A stretch of DNA of 64,000 nucleotides from Octopus sinensis (lineage: Eukaryota), in contig NC_043012.1 in the NCBI RefSeq assembly GCF_006345805.1, forward strand, positions 34,286,001 to 34,350,000. The letters are read 5' to 3'. Under the pieces are notes generated by a model that was not told where the DNA came from, made no database searches, and worked only from the letters and a program-made list of their open reading frames with translations. Below, piece by piece: positions 62,331-64,000 of the stretch; the stretch's first letter is position 1; each line of letters starts with the position of its first letter. The position numbers were made by a program, and so were the translations under genes.

Positions 62331-63732
62331 AGTAAACAATGAAAAAAACAAAGTAAAGTAAATTCAATGAAAACCGACGGAAACTCTTGAGAAAATGTCG
62401 AAGAGTGGATGTATTTTTGAAGACGGAATGAAGTCTGGAGCTGTTATTTCTTTACTAAAATACCGTAGCATTTCACTATAAACTTGGTTAATATGGAACC
62501 AAAATGAAGGAACCAGCTGCTTTCTCTTTTACTGACAACATCGGAATAATATGGAGGAGTCTATTAAATTCCAATAAAGACCAACACCACAATGGTCAGA
62601 TCTCAACAATTTCGTTTTGGTTTGTCAATAAAGTTTTGTCCCATCAAGTAAAATAGAAAATGCTTGATGGAGGGAAAATAGAAAATGAAAAATAAAAGAA
62701 AATATAAACAAACAATGTCCACCATTTTGGGCAAAGTTTTATTGCAGAGAATCTAGTCGTAGAAGAAATTAATCCGAGAAATTACGATATTTTACACAAA
62801 CGCTCGCACGCACACACACACACATACATACACACACACACACACGCACACACATACACACACACACACACACAAAAACACACGCACCTATTCACACACA
62901 CACACGCCCACTCACACTCGCACACACATTTTATGATGCGCTTCTAAATATTTTCTGTTGATCAGAATTTGACCAACGAGTTGATTGGTCAACCAAACGG
63001 TATGGTATCAGACACCCACCAAAGTTTGTGCGTAATGGGTTCGAACCAGAAGCCAGGTGCATATGACGAACTTGTTAACCCAGGGCCTTATTTGCACTCA
63101 TCTCAAATCCACTAAAGCATTTCTAGTGTTAAATTAAAAAAATGCACATTCAAATATCTTATAGAAAGGGCATAAAGTGGCGAGAGTTTGACTGAAAGAA
63201 CTTCATTTGAGCAATCGACTTCCAACATACGGGGGAATGAGTCTTACAATAAAAACAATCCAATAACCAATTCCGTTTCATTCACTGAAGAAATGAGATA
63301 AGTCTCCAGGCATCAAATATTTATATTATTTTGATTGACCATTATTGGTAAACAGCGATTGCACTGAGTGTGTGTGTGATTAAATCTGTGGAATTGAGAG
63401 AGAACGTTTATTGTGGTTCGGAGTATTTGTGTGACGAAAGCCAAACGGCTAAGACTACGAATCAAAACCTCCTTGCGCTCTCTACACCCCAGGCACACAC
63501 CAAAGCCTAGACTTAAGGTGTGTGTGCGTGTCTGTGCGTGTGCTTGTGTGTATGCATGTGTGTGCGTGCGCGTGCGTGCGTGTATGTGTTTGTTCGTAAG
63601 AGAAAGGTTTTTACGTAAAGAATAGTTTTCATTATTTCAATAAGAACAGTGGTGTGTTATCATGATCGCAAGGATAAAAAGTTCTATAAACTGGATGCAA
63701 AAATACAAAGACACACAGACACAGACACAACG

Positions 63733-63811
<79 letters not shown>

Positions 63812-64000
63812 AGCAACTTATAAACGAGGGCAAAAGAAAATTATTTCTATGCCAATATGCTGATAACAGACTTTTAAATCGCCAATTTCCACATATCATT
63901 ATATATCCACTACAGAAATATGATTGTGCTGAAATCGAGGAAAGCTAGCCAACAGAATTTAAAAAATTCTGTGGACTAGCTTCCCGATTTCAGCACATCG

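Overview
AT-rich, intron-containing animal genomic DNA, dense in microsatellites, tRNA-derived SINEs and transposon relics. The repeat landscape and gene content point to a coleoid cephalopod, most likely Octopus (inference). I assembled four spliced genes by hand using GT-AG sites and consistent intron phases. (1) The 3' four exons of a DNase I-family gene (+, 56-5249). (2, 3) A tail-to-tail pair of paralogous secreted proteins with chitin-binding-like and Laminin-G-like domains, of the Pif/LamG3 shell-matrix type without vWA (+ 14914-28706, 344 aa; - 37685-44133, about 406 aa). (4) A secretory phospholipase A2 with intact catalytic motifs and a furin-type propeptide site (-, 49775 to at least 58443). 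Notable non-genic structures: six R4/Dong-like non-LTR retrotransposon insertions stacked in (AAT)n/(GAT)n tracts with strict strand polarity (5.6-12.3 kb); several minimal hammerhead-ribozyme-like motifs of Penelope type; a 546-bp near-perfect palindrome between the convergent genes; two MITEs with 8-bp TSDs carrying telomeric repeats; and several fold-back elements. Most ORF-track entries are microsatellite or SINE artefacts. There are no CRISPR arrays, rRNA genes or true tRNA genes.
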